A stretch of 64,000 nucleotides of DNA from Reyranella sp. (lineage in GTDB: Bacteria; Pseudomonadota; Alphaproteobacteria; Reyranellales; Reyranellaceae). Position 1 is the stretch's first letter, and the number at the start of each line of letters is the position of its first letter. The stretch spans positions 47,872-111,871 of the forward strand of contig JBGAIW010000001.1 in assembly GCA_044225265.1 (NCBI GenBank), written 5' to 3'. Position numbers and translations under genes: made by a program. Under the pieces are notes generated by a model. That model saw nothing but the letters and a program-made list of their open reading frames with translations, was not told where the DNA came from and made no database searches. This document shows positions 19,094 to 28,540 of this stretch, one piece after another.

Positions 19094-19551
19094 CCGCGAT
19101 CTTCGTCGATGCCGACGCCTGTCCGGTCAAGAGCGAGATCTATCGCGTCGCCGAACGCTACGGGCTGAAGGTCCACGTCGTCAGCAATTCCTGGCTGAAC
19201 GTCCCGCGCGACCCGCGCATCGAACTCGTCGTGGTGAGCGACAGTTTCGATGCCGCCGACAACTGGATCGCCGAGCGTGCCGGCGCGGGCGACGTCGTGA
19301 TCACGGCCGACATTCCGCTGGCCGACCGCAGCCTCAAGAAGGGCGCTGCGGTGATCGGCAACACCGGCGTACCGTTCACGACGGCATCGATCGGCATGGC
19401 GTTGGCCAATCGCGAACTGCTTGCCAACCTGCGCGCGATGGGCGAGGTGACGGGCGGTCCCAAGCCGATGAGCCAGCGCGACCGGTCGCGCTTTCTGTCT
19501 GCTCTCGACGAAGCGATTCAGAAGATAAGAAGAACGGAAGGATCGAGATGA
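19090..19551 (+). CDS. yaiI: YaiI/YqxD (DUF188) family protein, probable CTG start
   Basis: [16 protein letters not shown]..., [25 protein letters not shown] in one frame. Confidence 0.8.
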   Translation: MTAIFVDADACPVKSEIYRVAERYGLKVHVVSNSWLNVPRDPRIELVVVSDSFDAADNWIAERAGAGDVVITADIPLADRSLKKGAAVIGNTGVPFTTASIGMALANRELLANLRAMGEVTGGPKPMSQRDRSRFLSALDEAIQKIRRTEGSR

Positions 19552-20505
19552 TCAGGTTGTTGGCGTGGATGCCGCCCTCTGTGCGTTCGCGTTTCCGGCC
19601 TGGGCGCAGGCCTGGCCGACCAAGCCGATAAAGATCATCGCGCCGTTCGCGCCGGGTGGCGGCGTCGACATCGCCGCGCGCCTGGTCGGCGCCAAGCTGC
19701 AGGAGCTGCTCGGCCAACCGGTAGTGGTCGAGAACAAGCCGGGTGGCGGCGCCATGATCGGTGCGGAGATCGTCGCCAAGGCGGCTCCCGACGGCTACAC
19801 GCTGCTGCTGACTTCGAACTCGCTGGTCAACAGCCCGACCCTGTTTGGTCGCGCGCCGTTCGACTGGCGCAAGGACTTCGCCTTCATCACCACCATCCTC
19901 GAGCAGCCGATGGTGCTCGAGGTCAATCTCGACGTGCCAGCCAAGTCGGTCGCCGAACTGGTGGCACTCACCAAGAAGGACGGCGCACGCTTCTCCTTCG
20001 GCACCTCGGGAGCAGGTTCGGTCAATCATCTCGCCGCCGAGTGGCTGGCGCAGCTCACCGGCGCCAAATGGGAGGTCGTACACTACAAGGGTGCGGCGCC
20101 TGCCAATGCCGACCTGATCGCCGGCACGATCCAGGTCCAGTTCGACCAGATCGGTGCAGCCCTGCCGTTCCTGCGCGCCGGCAAGGTCCGTCCGCTTGCA
20201 GTGACCTATCTGGAGCGTTCAAAGCTCCTGCCCGACGTGCCGAGCATGGCCGAATTGGGCTTTGCGGGCTTCGAGGCCGTCACGCTGTTCGGCCTGATCG
20301 CGCCGGCCAGGACGCCGCCCGAGGTGATCGCCCCCTGAGCAAGGCGATGGAGAAGGTGCTGAGCGATCCCACGGTCGTCGCGCGCTTCGCCGAGATGGGC
20401 GGCGACGCCAAGTTTTCGACACCCGACGGCCTGCGCGATGCACTGATCAAGCAGGCCGCGACCTGGACGCCGGTGATTCAGAAGGCGAACATAAAACTGG
20501 ATTAG
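19548..20505 (+). pseudogene. Bug/TctC receptor with two apparent frameshifts
   Basis: ATG 19548 is out of frame with the body (PFAPGGGVD, VENKPG, PDGYTL); body stops at TGA 20336-20338 after a C5 run; C-terminus WTPVIQKANIKLD is in another frame. Confidence 0.75.
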
Positions 20506-20531
20506 CGACTTCGGCTTTATTGCCACTTCCT

Positions 20532-20572
20532 CCTCTCCCCCCGTTTGAGGGGGGAGAGGTTGGGTGAGGGGG
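20532..20572. repeat. REP-like palindromic element
   Basis: CCTCTCCCCCC-GTTTGA-GGGGGGAGAGG 11-bp stem plus TTGGGTGAGGGGG tail. Confidence 0.65.
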
Positions 20573-20611
20573 CTACGCGAGCCTCATCCATTCTGCACGG
20601 TGCCGGCTCTC

Positions 20612-20668
20612 GCGCTTCGCTGAGCGAAGCGCTGCCGCCGGCCGTTAACTTCGGCTTCGCCGAAGTTA
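20612..20668. terminator. Two hairpins between convergent genes (possible terminators)
   Basis: GCGCTTCGC-TGA-GCGAAGCGC and TAACTTCGGC-TTC-GCCGAAGTTA; no clear poly-U tract. Confidence 0.45.
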
Positions 20669-22270
20669 CTTATCCAGCCACACATCCTCGAACCTGAACC
20701 CGTTGTAAACGGAGTTCACGTTCGCGACGTAGCCCTTCACGAAGGGCTGCATGCAGATCGACGCGCGATTCCACATCACGATGGGGCGCGCGCCGTCTTC
20801 GAGCAGCTTGCTGTCGATTTCCCAGACGACCTTCTTGCGCTTCTCGAGATCGGTCTCCTGGCTCTGGACGTCGAACAGCTTCTCGATCTCGGGATTGCAG
20901 TAGCCGGTGTAGTTGCGCTCTGACTTGCAGGAGAAGTTCTCGTAGTAGTTCTGGTCGGGATCGTCGACGCCGTTGCCGGTCGTGTTCAGGCCGACCTGGT
21001 AGTCCTTGCGCGCCACCTTCGGGAACCACTGCGCCGTCTCGATGATGTCGACGTCGGCATCGATGTAGATCTCCTTGAGCTGGCTGGCGAGGATCACCGC
21101 GGGGTCCTTGTAGAGCGAGATGCCACGGGTCGCGATCTTGAGCTTCAGCCGGTTGTTCGGCCCGTAGCCCGCTTTCTCCATCAGCGCCCGCGCCTCCTTG
21201 CGGTTCTTCTCGACGTCGGTGCCGTAGCCCGGGATGGCGTGCAGCAGGTTCGGCGGCAGGCCCCACACGCCGTCGGTCACCGGCTGCATGGTGCCGCCGT
21301 CCTGCGCATCGCCCTGGTTGATGATGTCGATGAAGGACTTGCGATCGAGCGCCAGGACCAGCGCCTTGCGCAAATCGGGATTGTTGAAGGGCGGCGCGTC
21401 GCGGTTCAGGATCAGGTTGGTGCTGTTGTTCATCGACGTCGTCTGGCACTGCGCGGCCGGCAGCTGCGTCTTGACGTCCTTGAGCAGCGGCGCGGTCACT
21501 TCCCAGGGGAAGGTGATGTCGAATCGTCCCGCGACGAAGCCCAGCATGGCCGTGCCGCGGTTGGGCACGATCGTCCACTCGATGCCGTCGAGATAGGGTT
21601 TGCCCTTCTTCCAGTAGTCGGCGTTCTTCGTGATCTTCAGTCCCTCGTTCGGCTTGAATTCCACGAACTTGAAGGGTCCGGTTCCGACCGGCTTGGTGCG
21701 CATCTGCGCCGCCGGGACGTGGCAGGGGTACATCGGCGAATAGCCCGAGGCCAGCAGGGTCAGCAGCGAGGGCTGCGGCCGCTTGAGATGGATCGTCGCC
21801 TGCAGGTCGCCGTCGGCCGTGACCTTGTCGACGTTGGTGTACCAGGTGGCGCGCGGGTTGGCGCGCAGCTTGTTGTTCTCGTTCTTGCCCTGCAGCAGGT
21901 CGAAGGTGCAGACCACGTCCCGTGCCGTGAACGGCTTGCCGTCGTGCCACTTCACGCCTTCCTGCAGCTGGAAGGTCAGTGCCTTGCCGTCGGCGCTCCA
22001 CTTCCACGACTTGGCGAGGTCGGGCACGATGCCGCCTGCGCTGTTCTGCGGCTTGTTCTGGTCGAACAGCACGAGGTTGTTCATCACGCCCATGATCGGG
22101 ATGACGGTGGAGTTGGTCGCCGTCTCGTGGATCGACAGGGTCGGCGGGTTGTCGCGGTGGTACATCTTCAGGATGCCGCCGCTCTTCTGGGCAAACGCAA
22201 CGCTACTCGTACAAATCAGGGCGGCCGCGAGCGCACTCGCCGCGACGCCCATCCTCACGATGGACCGCAT
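20666..22270 (-). CDS. Orphan ABC substrate-binding protein, family 5 (peptide/nickel)
   Basis: PDLAKSW, GVKWHDGKPFTARDV, GTGPFKF; signal peptide. Confidence 0.9.
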   Translation of the reverse strand: MRSIVRMGVAASALAAALICTSSVAFAQKSGGILKMYHRDNPPTLSIHETATNSTVIPIMGVMNNLVLFDQNKPQNSAGGIVPDLAKSWKWSADGKALTFQLQEGVKWHDGKPFTARDVVCTFDLLQGKNENNKLRANPRATWYTNVDKVTADGDLQATIHLKRPQPSLLTLLASGYSPMYPCHVPAAQMRTKPVGTGPFKFVEFKPNEGLKITKNADYWKKGKPYLDGIEWTIVPNRGTAMLGFVAGRFDITFPWEVTAPLLKDVKTQLPAAQCQTTSMNNSTNLILNRDAPPFNNPDLRKALVLALDRKSFIDIINQGDAQDGGTMQPVTDGVWGLPPNLLHAIPGYGTDVEKNRKEARALMEKAGYGPNNRLKLKIATRGISLYKDPAVILASQLKEIYIDADVDIIETAQWFPKVARKDYQVGLNTTGNGVDDPDQNYYENFSCKSERNYTGYCNPEIEKLFDVQSQETDLEKRKKVVWEIDSKLLEDGARPIVMWNRASICMQPFVKGYVANVNSVYNGFRFEDVWLDK

Positions 22271-22406
22271 TGTTTTCCTCCCGATCGCGCCGGCGTGTCT
22301 CCCCATCGAAGCCGCGGCGTCGTCCTAGATATTCTACATTGCCGCTGCGACGGCGACAGGCTCAAATCCGCAACCCGAAGGGTCGGGCCCAAGGATTGGT
22401 GACGTC

Positions 22407-23429
22407 ATGAAGATTGTGAAATTCCGCGCAGTTCTGGCGGTCGTCGCGCTGGTCTCGGCGCTGGCGGCCAATTCGGTGGCAAGCACGGCGGCCTGGGCGC
22501 AGAAGAAGCTGGTCGTCTATACGTCCAACGAAAGCACGCTGAACGACCTGGTGTTCGGCGCCTTCAAGAAGGAGACCGGCATCGAGGTCGAACCGGTCGC
22601 CGCGGGCTCCGGCGTGGTGATCCGCCGCCTGCAGGCCGAAAAGGCCAATCCGCTCGGCGACATCATCTGGGGCGTCAGTCGCTCGCTGCTGCAGACCAAC
22701 AAGGCGTTGTTCCTGTCCTACGCCTCGAAGAACAAGGACGCCATTCCGGCGGAGTATCGCGATCCCGCCGATCTCTGGATCGGAAACAATCTCCATCTGC
22801 TGGTGATCCTGCAGAACACCAAGCTGGTTCCCGACGGACAGGGCCCCAGGAGCTGGGCCGACCTGCTGGATCCGAAATGGAAGGGCAAGATCGCCTTCAC
22901 CGACCCGGCCAATTCGGGCTCGGCCTACGCCACTGTCACCATGCTGGTCGATCTGTGGGGCGGCGGCGATGCCGGCTGGAAGAAAGTGAGCGAGCTGTTC
23001 AGGAACATGAAGGTGCTGAACCGCTCGTCGCTGGTCTTCCAGGGTGTCGGCAACGGCGAATACCCGCTCGGCATCTCGCTGGAATATGCCGGTCCGCTGT
23101 GGGCCAAGGGCGGCGCCCCGGTGAAGGTGGTCTATCCGTCCGACGGCACGACCTTCTCGATGGAGGGTGTCGCCATCGTCAAGGGCGGCCCCAACACCGA
23201 GAACGCCAAGGTCTTCGTCGACTTCATCAATCGCAAGGACGTGCGCGAGATGATCCTCGCCGAGACCTTCCGCCGGCCGACCCGCGCCGATCTCGACCTC
23301 GCCAAGCTGCCCGGCAGCCTGCCGCCGATGTCGCAGATCAAGATCGCCAACTACGACGAACAGGGCTGGACCGACAAGCGCGCCAAGACGCTCGAGAAGA
23401 TCAAGGACGTGATCCAGGACAGCCGGTGA
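22407..23429 (+). CDS. ABC substrate-binding protein, Fe(III)/AfuA-like family
   Basis: LVVYTS, SWADLLDPKWKG, DPANSGSAY, YPSDG. Confidence 0.85.
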   Translation: MKIVKFRAVLAVVALVSALAANSVASTAAWAQKKLVVYTSNESTLNDLVFGAFKKETGIEVEPVAAGSGVVIRRLQAEKANPLGDIIWGVSRSLLQTNKALFLSYASKNKDAIPAEYRDPADLWIGNNLHLLVILQNTKLVPDGQGPRSWADLLDPKWKGKIAFTDPANSGSAYATVTMLVDLWGGGDAGWKKVSELFRNMKVLNRSSLVFQGVGNGEYPLGISLEYAGPLWAKGGAPVKVVYPSDGTTFSMEGVAIVKGGPNTENAKVFVDFINRKDVREMILAETFRRPTRADLDLAKLPGSLPPMSQIKIANYDEQGWTDKRAKTLEKIKDVIQDSR

Positions 23430-23444
23430 TCCGCAAAGCGCTTT

Positions 23445-23567
23445 CCTCCCCCGTCATCGGGGGAGGTGTCGTCGCCTTACGACGACGGAGGGGCAGGCGT
23501 TGCGGACTATTGCTCATGACCCCTCCGTCGCGGATGACCGCGACACCTCCCCATTTGAATGGGGAGG
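23445..23567. repeat. RIME/REPIN-like composite inverted repeat
   Basis: CCTCCCC-N8-GGGGAGG-TGTCG..CGACGGAGGGG ... CCCCTCCGTCG..CGACA-CCTCCCC-N8-GGGGAGG. Confidence 0.8.
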
Positions 23568-23576
23568 AGAACTGAC

Positions 23577-24569
23577 ATGACCCAGATCACGATCTCAGGA
23601 GTTCGCCGCACCTTCGGCACCGTGCGCGCCGTCGACGGCGTCGACCTCACGGTGGGCGAGGGCGAGTTCTTCACGCTGCTCGGCCCCTCGGGCTGCGGCA
23701 AGACCACGCTGCTGCGCATGATCGCCGGCTTCTGCGAACTCGACGAGGGCGAGATCCTCTTCGGCGACAAGCGGATCGACAAGCTGTCGGCGCACCGGCG
23801 CGATATCGGCATGGTGTTCCAGAACTATGCCGTGTTTCCCAACCTCAGCGTCGCGGGCAACGTCGCCTACGGCCTGAATGCCCGCCGCGTGCCGGCGGCC
23901 GAGATCGGCCAGCGGGTCGAGGAGGCACTGCGCCTGGTGCAGCTCCAGGGCTACGGCGAGCGCCAGCCGCACCAATTGTCCGGCGGCCAGTTGCAGCGCG
24001 TCGCCATCGCTCGCGCCCTGGTGATCCGTCCGCAGGTCCTGCTGTTCGACGAACCGCTTTCCAACCTCGATGCCCGCCTGCGGGTCAGCATGCGCGGCGA
24101 GATCCGCGGCCTGCAGAAATCGCTCGGCATCACCTCGATCTACGTCACCCACGACCAGGAGGAGGCGATGTCGGTGTCCGACCGCATCGCCCTGATGAAC
24201 GCCGGTCGCCTGGAGCAGGTCGGCGTGCCGGCCGACATCTACCGCAAGCCCGCCTCGCGCTTTGCCGCCGAGTTCATGGGCACGACAAACCTGATCGAGG
24301 CGACGAAGCTCGGGCTCGCCGCGCCCGTCTGGGTGTCGCTGCGGCCCGAGGCTTTGCGCTTCGCCGAGGAGGCGCCGGCCGGCTGGCAACGGGTTGCCGG
24401 CACGATCGTGCACCTCGAGATGCTGGGGCCGTTGACGCGGCTGGACGTGCAACTCGCCAACGGCACGATCTTGCGCGCGGCGATGCTCGACGCGCCGCAG
24501 CGTGTGCTGGCCGAAGGGCAGGCGGCGACGCTGGCTTTCGACGCAACGCAGCTGACCGTGGTTCCGTGA
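23577..24569 (+). CDS. ABC transporter ATPase
   Basis: GPSGCGKTT, LSGGQLQR, LLFDEP. Confidence 0.92.
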   Translation: MTQITISGVRRTFGTVRAVDGVDLTVGEGEFFTLLGPSGCGKTTLLRMIAGFCELDEGEILFGDKRIDKLSAHRRDIGMVFQNYAVFPNLSVAGNVAYGLNARRVPAAEIGQRVEEALRLVQLQGYGERQPHQLSGGQLQRVAIARALVIRPQVLLFDEPLSNLDARLRVSMRGEIRGLQKSLGITSIYVTHDQEEAMSVSDRIALMNAGRLEQVGVPADIYRKPASRFAAEFMGTTNLIEATKLGLAAPVWVSLRPEALRFAEEAPAGWQRVAGTIVHLEMLGPLTRLDVQLANGTILRAAMLDAPQRVLAEGQAATLAFDATQLTVVP

Positions 24570-24579
24570 GGGCCGTCGC

Positions 24580-26226
24580 GTGACGATCGCGCCGCAGCTT
24601 CGCCTGCCGGTCGCCATTGCGATGCTGGGCTTCCTGTTCCTCGGCGTGTTCCTGTTGTGGCCGTTGTTCAACGTCTTCGGCGCCAGCCTGCTCGATTCCG
24701 AGGGAGCGAGCTTCACGTTCGCCAACTACGGCAAGATGCTGGGCCGGTCGTTCTATCGCGGCGCCATCCTGAACACTCTCCAAATCGGCATACTGGCAAC
24801 CCTGATCACCACGGCGTTGGCGGTGCCGCTCGCCTTTGCGATCGCCCGGCTCCCGGTACCGGGCAAGGCCGCGATCCTCGCGCTCGCCGCGTTGCCGCTG
24901 GTGCTGCCGTCCTTCGTCAGCGCCTATGCCATCGTGCTGCTGCTCGGCCGCTCCGGCATCGTCACGGCCTGGCTGCAATCCGTCGGCATCGGTTTCGGCT
25001 CGATCTACGGCACCGGCGGCATCGTGCTGGTCTACGTGCTGACGCTCTATCCCTATGTGCTGCTGCCGGCCATCGCCGCCTTCAAGGCGGTCGATGTTTC
25101 GATGGAAGAGGCGGCGCAGGGGCTGGGCTCGTCGCCCAGCCGTGCCGTGCGCACCGTCATCCTGCCGATCGTCTTGCCGGCCATCCTGGCCGGTGCGCTG
25201 CTGGTCTTCATCGAGACGCTGGAGAATTTCGGCGTGCCCTTCGTGCTCGCCGAGGACATGCCGATCTTCTCGGTCGAGGCCTTCAAGCTCTTCATCGGCG
25301 AGACCGCACCCAATCCGGCGCAGGCCGGCGTGCTGGCGACGCTCCTGATCCTGACCACGGCGGCCGTCCTGGTGATCCAGAGAAGGTTCCTCGCCTCGCG
25401 CCGCTTCGCCACCAGCGCCCGCCAGACGCCTCCCGTGCTGCCGATCGGGCCGGGGCTCCGGATCGCCGCCACGGTCTATTGCTGGCTGATCGTGCTGCTC
25501 GCCCTGGTGCCGTTCTTCGCCATCGTCGTGCTGTCGTTCCTGGAATTCCGTGGCCCGGTGCTGCATCCGAACTTCAGCCTGGACAATTTCGCCGTGCTGT
25601 TCGGCCGCGAGATGCGCCCGCTCGGCAACACCCTGCTGTTCGCCACGGGCGCGGCGCTGGGCACGACCTTGATCGGCGTGCCGATCGGCTATGTCGTCAC
25701 GCGCTGGCGCTCGGGCGTGGCCACGACGCTCGACGTGCTGGCGACCCTGCCGTTTGCCGTCGCCGGCACCGTGCTCGCCATCGGCTTCGTGGTGTCGTTC
25801 AACTCGGGCTGGCTGGTGCTGACCGGCGGGCCGCTGATCCTCGTGCTCGCCTACACGGTGCGCAAGATTCCCTTCGCGGTCCGCTCGGCCAGCGCCATCG
25901 TGCACCAGATCGACCTGTCGCTGGAGGAAGCCTCGATCAGCCTCGGCCGCTCGCCGCTCCAGACCTTCCTGCGCGTGGTGGTGCCCTTGATGCTGGGCGG
26001 CATTGCGAGCGGCATCGTGCTGACCTGGGTGACGGTTGCTTCCGAGCTCAGCGCCACCGTGGTGCTCTACAGCGGCCAGTGGCGGACCATGACGGTTGTG
26101 ATGTTCCAGGCTCTCGAAGGTGGCGGGGCCGGCGTCGCGACCGCCGCGGCCACGACCCTGATCGTCGTCACCGTGCTGCCGATCGCGCTGCTCTATCGCC
26201 TGGTGAGGCGCTACGAGCTGGGGTGA
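24580..26226 (+). CDS. ABC transporter double permease, FbpB/AfuB-like
   Basis: Two EAA loops (MEEAAQGLG, LEEASISLG). Confidence 0.9.
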   Translation: MTIAPQLRLPVAIAMLGFLFLGVFLLWPLFNVFGASLLDSEGASFTFANYGKMLGRSFYRGAILNTLQIGILATLITTALAVPLAFAIARLPVPGKAAILALAALPLVLPSFVSAYAIVLLLGRSGIVTAWLQSVGIGFGSIYGTGGIVLVYVLTLYPYVLLPAIAAFKAVDVSMEEAAQGLGSSPSRAVRTVILPIVLPAILAGALLVFIETLENFGVPFVLAEDMPIFSVEAFKLFIGETAPNPAQAGVLATLLILTTAAVLVIQRRFLASRRFATSARQTPPVLPIGPGLRIAATVYCWLIVLLALVPFFAIVVLSFLEFRGPVLHPNFSLDNFAVLFGREMRPLGNTLLFATGAALGTTLIGVPIGYVVTRWRSGVATTLDVLATLPFAVAGTVLAIGFVVSFNSGWLVLTGGPLILVLAYTVRKIPFAVRSASAIVHQIDLSLEEASISLGRSPLQTFLRVVVPLMLGGIASGIVLTWVTVASELSATVVLYSGQWRTMTVVMFQALEGGGAGVATAAATTLIVVTVLPIALLYRLVRRYELG

Positions 26227-26243
26227 ATGCCGGGGAGCGTCGA

Positions 26244-26645
26244 CTAGCGTCGCTTCGCCTTCGTCCCGTTCAGCGCCACGGCCTCGCGGATCAGCGCGAT
26301 GAAGGCCTTTTCGTTCAGCCTGGCGCCCTCGCCGAGATCGATGGCGCGCCGGACATTGCCGTCGAGGCTGGCATTGAACAGGCGGGCCGGATCCTTCAAT
26401 GCCGCGCCCTTGGCGAAGGTCAGTTTAACGACCGCCTTATAGGTCTCGCCGGTGCAGAGGATGCCGTCATGCGACCACACCGGCACGCCGCGCCACTTCC
26501 ATTCCTCGACGACGGCGGGATCGGCCTTGTGAATGAGGGCGCGGACCCGGGCGAGCGTCTCGCCGCGCCAGTCGCCCAGTTCCTCGATGCGGCCGTCGAT
26601 CAGCCGGGACGGCGAGTCCGTTTTGGCCGCTGTTGTCTTCTTCAT
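26244..26645 (-). CDS. DUF1801 (YdhG-like) family protein
   Basis: DWRGETLARVR, EEWKWRGVPVWSHDG, LTFAKGA, FNASLDGNVRRAID. Confidence 0.85.
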   Translation of the reverse strand: MKKTTAAKTDSPSRLIDGRIEELGDWRGETLARVRALIHKADPAVVEEWKWRGVPVWSHDGILCTGETYKAVVKLTFAKGAALKDPARLFNASLDGNVRRAIDLGEGARLNEKAFIALIREAVALNGTKAKRR

Positions 26646-26677
26646 GCCTGGCATACGCCGTTGGGAAAGAGGGCCGT

Positions 26678-27349
26678 TCAGGCCGCCTTGTTCTTCAGAA
26701 CTTCCCAGGCACGACGGAAGGCCGAGGCCATTTCTTCCGAAGGAACGGCGCCGGAGAACAACACGTGGCCCTGCAGGGCGAAGCTCGGCACGCCCTGGAT
26801 ACCGGCGTTGCGCGCCATCTGGTCGCCCGCCAGAACCTCGCGGCGGTGCTCCTCGCCCGCCAGCATCGCCAGCACGGCGTCGTAGTCGAGCCCGCCGGTG
26901 TGGCCGATCTCGGCCAGCTTCTTGGCGTCGCCGACATCGGCGCCGTGACAGAAATAGGCGTCGAACATCGCCTCGACCACGGCGTCCTGCACGCCCATCT
27001 GGCCGGCCATGCGGATCAGCCGATGGGCGTTCACGGTGTTGGGGGTGCGGGTCAGCCGCTCGAGGTGGAATTCGATGCCGACGGTCCTGGCCGTCTCGGT
27101 GATGCGCTCGTCGATCTGCCGCGCCCGCTCGGGGCCGCCGAACTTGGCCTCGCGGTACTTCTGGCGGTCGACGCCTTCGGCCGGCATGTCGGGATTGAGC
27201 TGGAACGGGTTCCAGAAGACGTTGAAGTGCAGCTTGTCCTTTTCGAGGATCTTCAGCGCCCCTTCGAGGTGGCGCTTGCCGATGTAGCACCAGGGGCAGA
27301 TCGCATCGGAGATGACATCGATGCGGCCGACGGGCTGAGCCTGGTCCAT
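26678..27349 (-). CDS. DsbA-family (FrnE-like) oxidoreductase
   Basis: SDAICPWCYIG, PFQLNP, GIQGVPSF. Confidence 0.9.
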   Translation of the reverse strand: MDQAQPVGRIDVISDAICPWCYIGKRHLEGALKILEKDKLHFNVFWNPFQLNPDMPAEGVDRQKYREAKFGGPERARQIDERITETARTVGIEFHLERLTRTPNTVNAHRLIRMAGQMGVQDAVVEAMFDAYFCHGADVGDAKKLAEIGHTGGLDYDAVLAMLAGEEHRREVLAGDQMARNAGIQGVPSFALQGHVLFSGAVPSEEMASAFRRAWEVLKNKAA

Positions 27350-27433
27350 GGCGGTCGTTCCTTCCCTATTGCATCGAATCCTATACCCCGCTGGAATCGC
27401 CCGCAATCACGAGGGAAAACGCGAGGAGTCTCA

Positions 27434-28135
27434 ATGATCAAGCCTCATTTCACATCGGCCCTGATCGTCGGTACCGGGCCGGGACTGAGCGCCTCCCTGG
27501 CCCGCCTGTTCGCGCAGAAGGGCCTGAAGGTCGCGGTGGCCGCGCGGCAGGTCGACAAGCTCGCCGGACTGGCCCGGGAGACCGGTGCCGCCATACATGC
27601 CTGCAATGCCGCCGATCCCGCGCAGGTCGCCGCCCTGTTCGCCGCCGTCGAGGCCGGGCAGGGCGCGCCGGATGTCGTCGTCTACAACGCCAGCGCCCGG
27701 GTGCGGGGCGCGCTGGTCGACCTCGATCCCGAGGAGGTGCGGCGTGCGGTCGAGATCAGCGCCTTCGGCGGCTTTCTCGTCTCGCAGCAGGCGGCCAGGC
27801 GTATGCTGCCGAAAAGTCACGGCGCGATCTTCCTGACCGGCGCGACGGCGGGCGTGAAGGGCTTCGCCCTGTCCTCGACCTTCGCCATGGGCAAGTTCGC
27901 GCTGCGCGGGCTGGCGCAATCAATGGCGCGCGAGCTGTCGCCGAAAGGCATCCATGTCGCCCATTTCGTGATCGATGGCGGCATCCGCAGCGCCAATCGC
28001 CCGGTGCCCGACAACAGCCCCGACAGCCTGCTCGATCCCGACGCCATCGCGGAGACCTACTGGGCGACCCTGAAACAGAACCGCTCGGCCTGGAGCTGGG
28101 AGATCGAGGTGCGGCCTTGGGTGGAGAAATTCTAG
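27434..28135 (+). CDS. Short-chain dehydrogenase/reductase
   Basis: GTGPGLS, YNAS, TGATA, FAMGKFALRGLAQS, IDGGI. Confidence 0.9.
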   Translation: MIKPHFTSALIVGTGPGLSASLARLFAQKGLKVAVAARQVDKLAGLARETGAAIHACNAADPAQVAALFAAVEAGQGAPDVVVYNASARVRGALVDLDPEEVRRAVEISAFGGFLVSQQAARRMLPKSHGAIFLTGATAGVKGFALSSTFAMGKFALRGLAQSMARELSPKGIHVAHFVIDGGIRSANRPVPDNSPDSLLDPDAIAETYWATLKQNRSAWSWEIEVRPWVEKF

Positions 28136-28540
28136 CCCGGCGTGGGAGCGGCGATTAAAGCGCCGTAATAGGTCCCGGACAGCGGGGCGCCTATGGTCTC
28201 GACCATGCAAGCCTTCGGCGCCCACCACGTTGGAGTTGCTCGTCTCATCGCACTGCGAACCGCTGTACAATTGTACAATTGTGCACTCGCGTCCAAGTCG
28301 TTGATCCGCAACGATTCGCGAATCGAAAATTTTTTGTCGCTCGCTGCGTCTGCATTTCGCGAGCCGCTCATGAGGCATTCGGGAACGAGTCATGAGGCGT
28401 TCGCAAGAAGTCGCCTCGCATGGCGGCGGGCCGCGACGATTGCCCGCTTTCGCGAGTGCCTCATGAGTGTTTTTTGTTTTTCCCCATGCCCTCAGGATTC
28501 GCTGGGAAAGCGCAAGAACACTTGGGACCCCCGAACCGCG

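Noticed and set aside
23445-23567. CRISPR array or riboswitch
   Set aside because: Only two inverted units, no repeat-spacer periodicity, no cas genes and no riboswitch consensus I recognise.
28132-28540. Small ORFs across the spacer (28132-28371 -, 28193 onward +)
   Set aside because: No recognisable motifs or ribosome site, and atypical codon usage.
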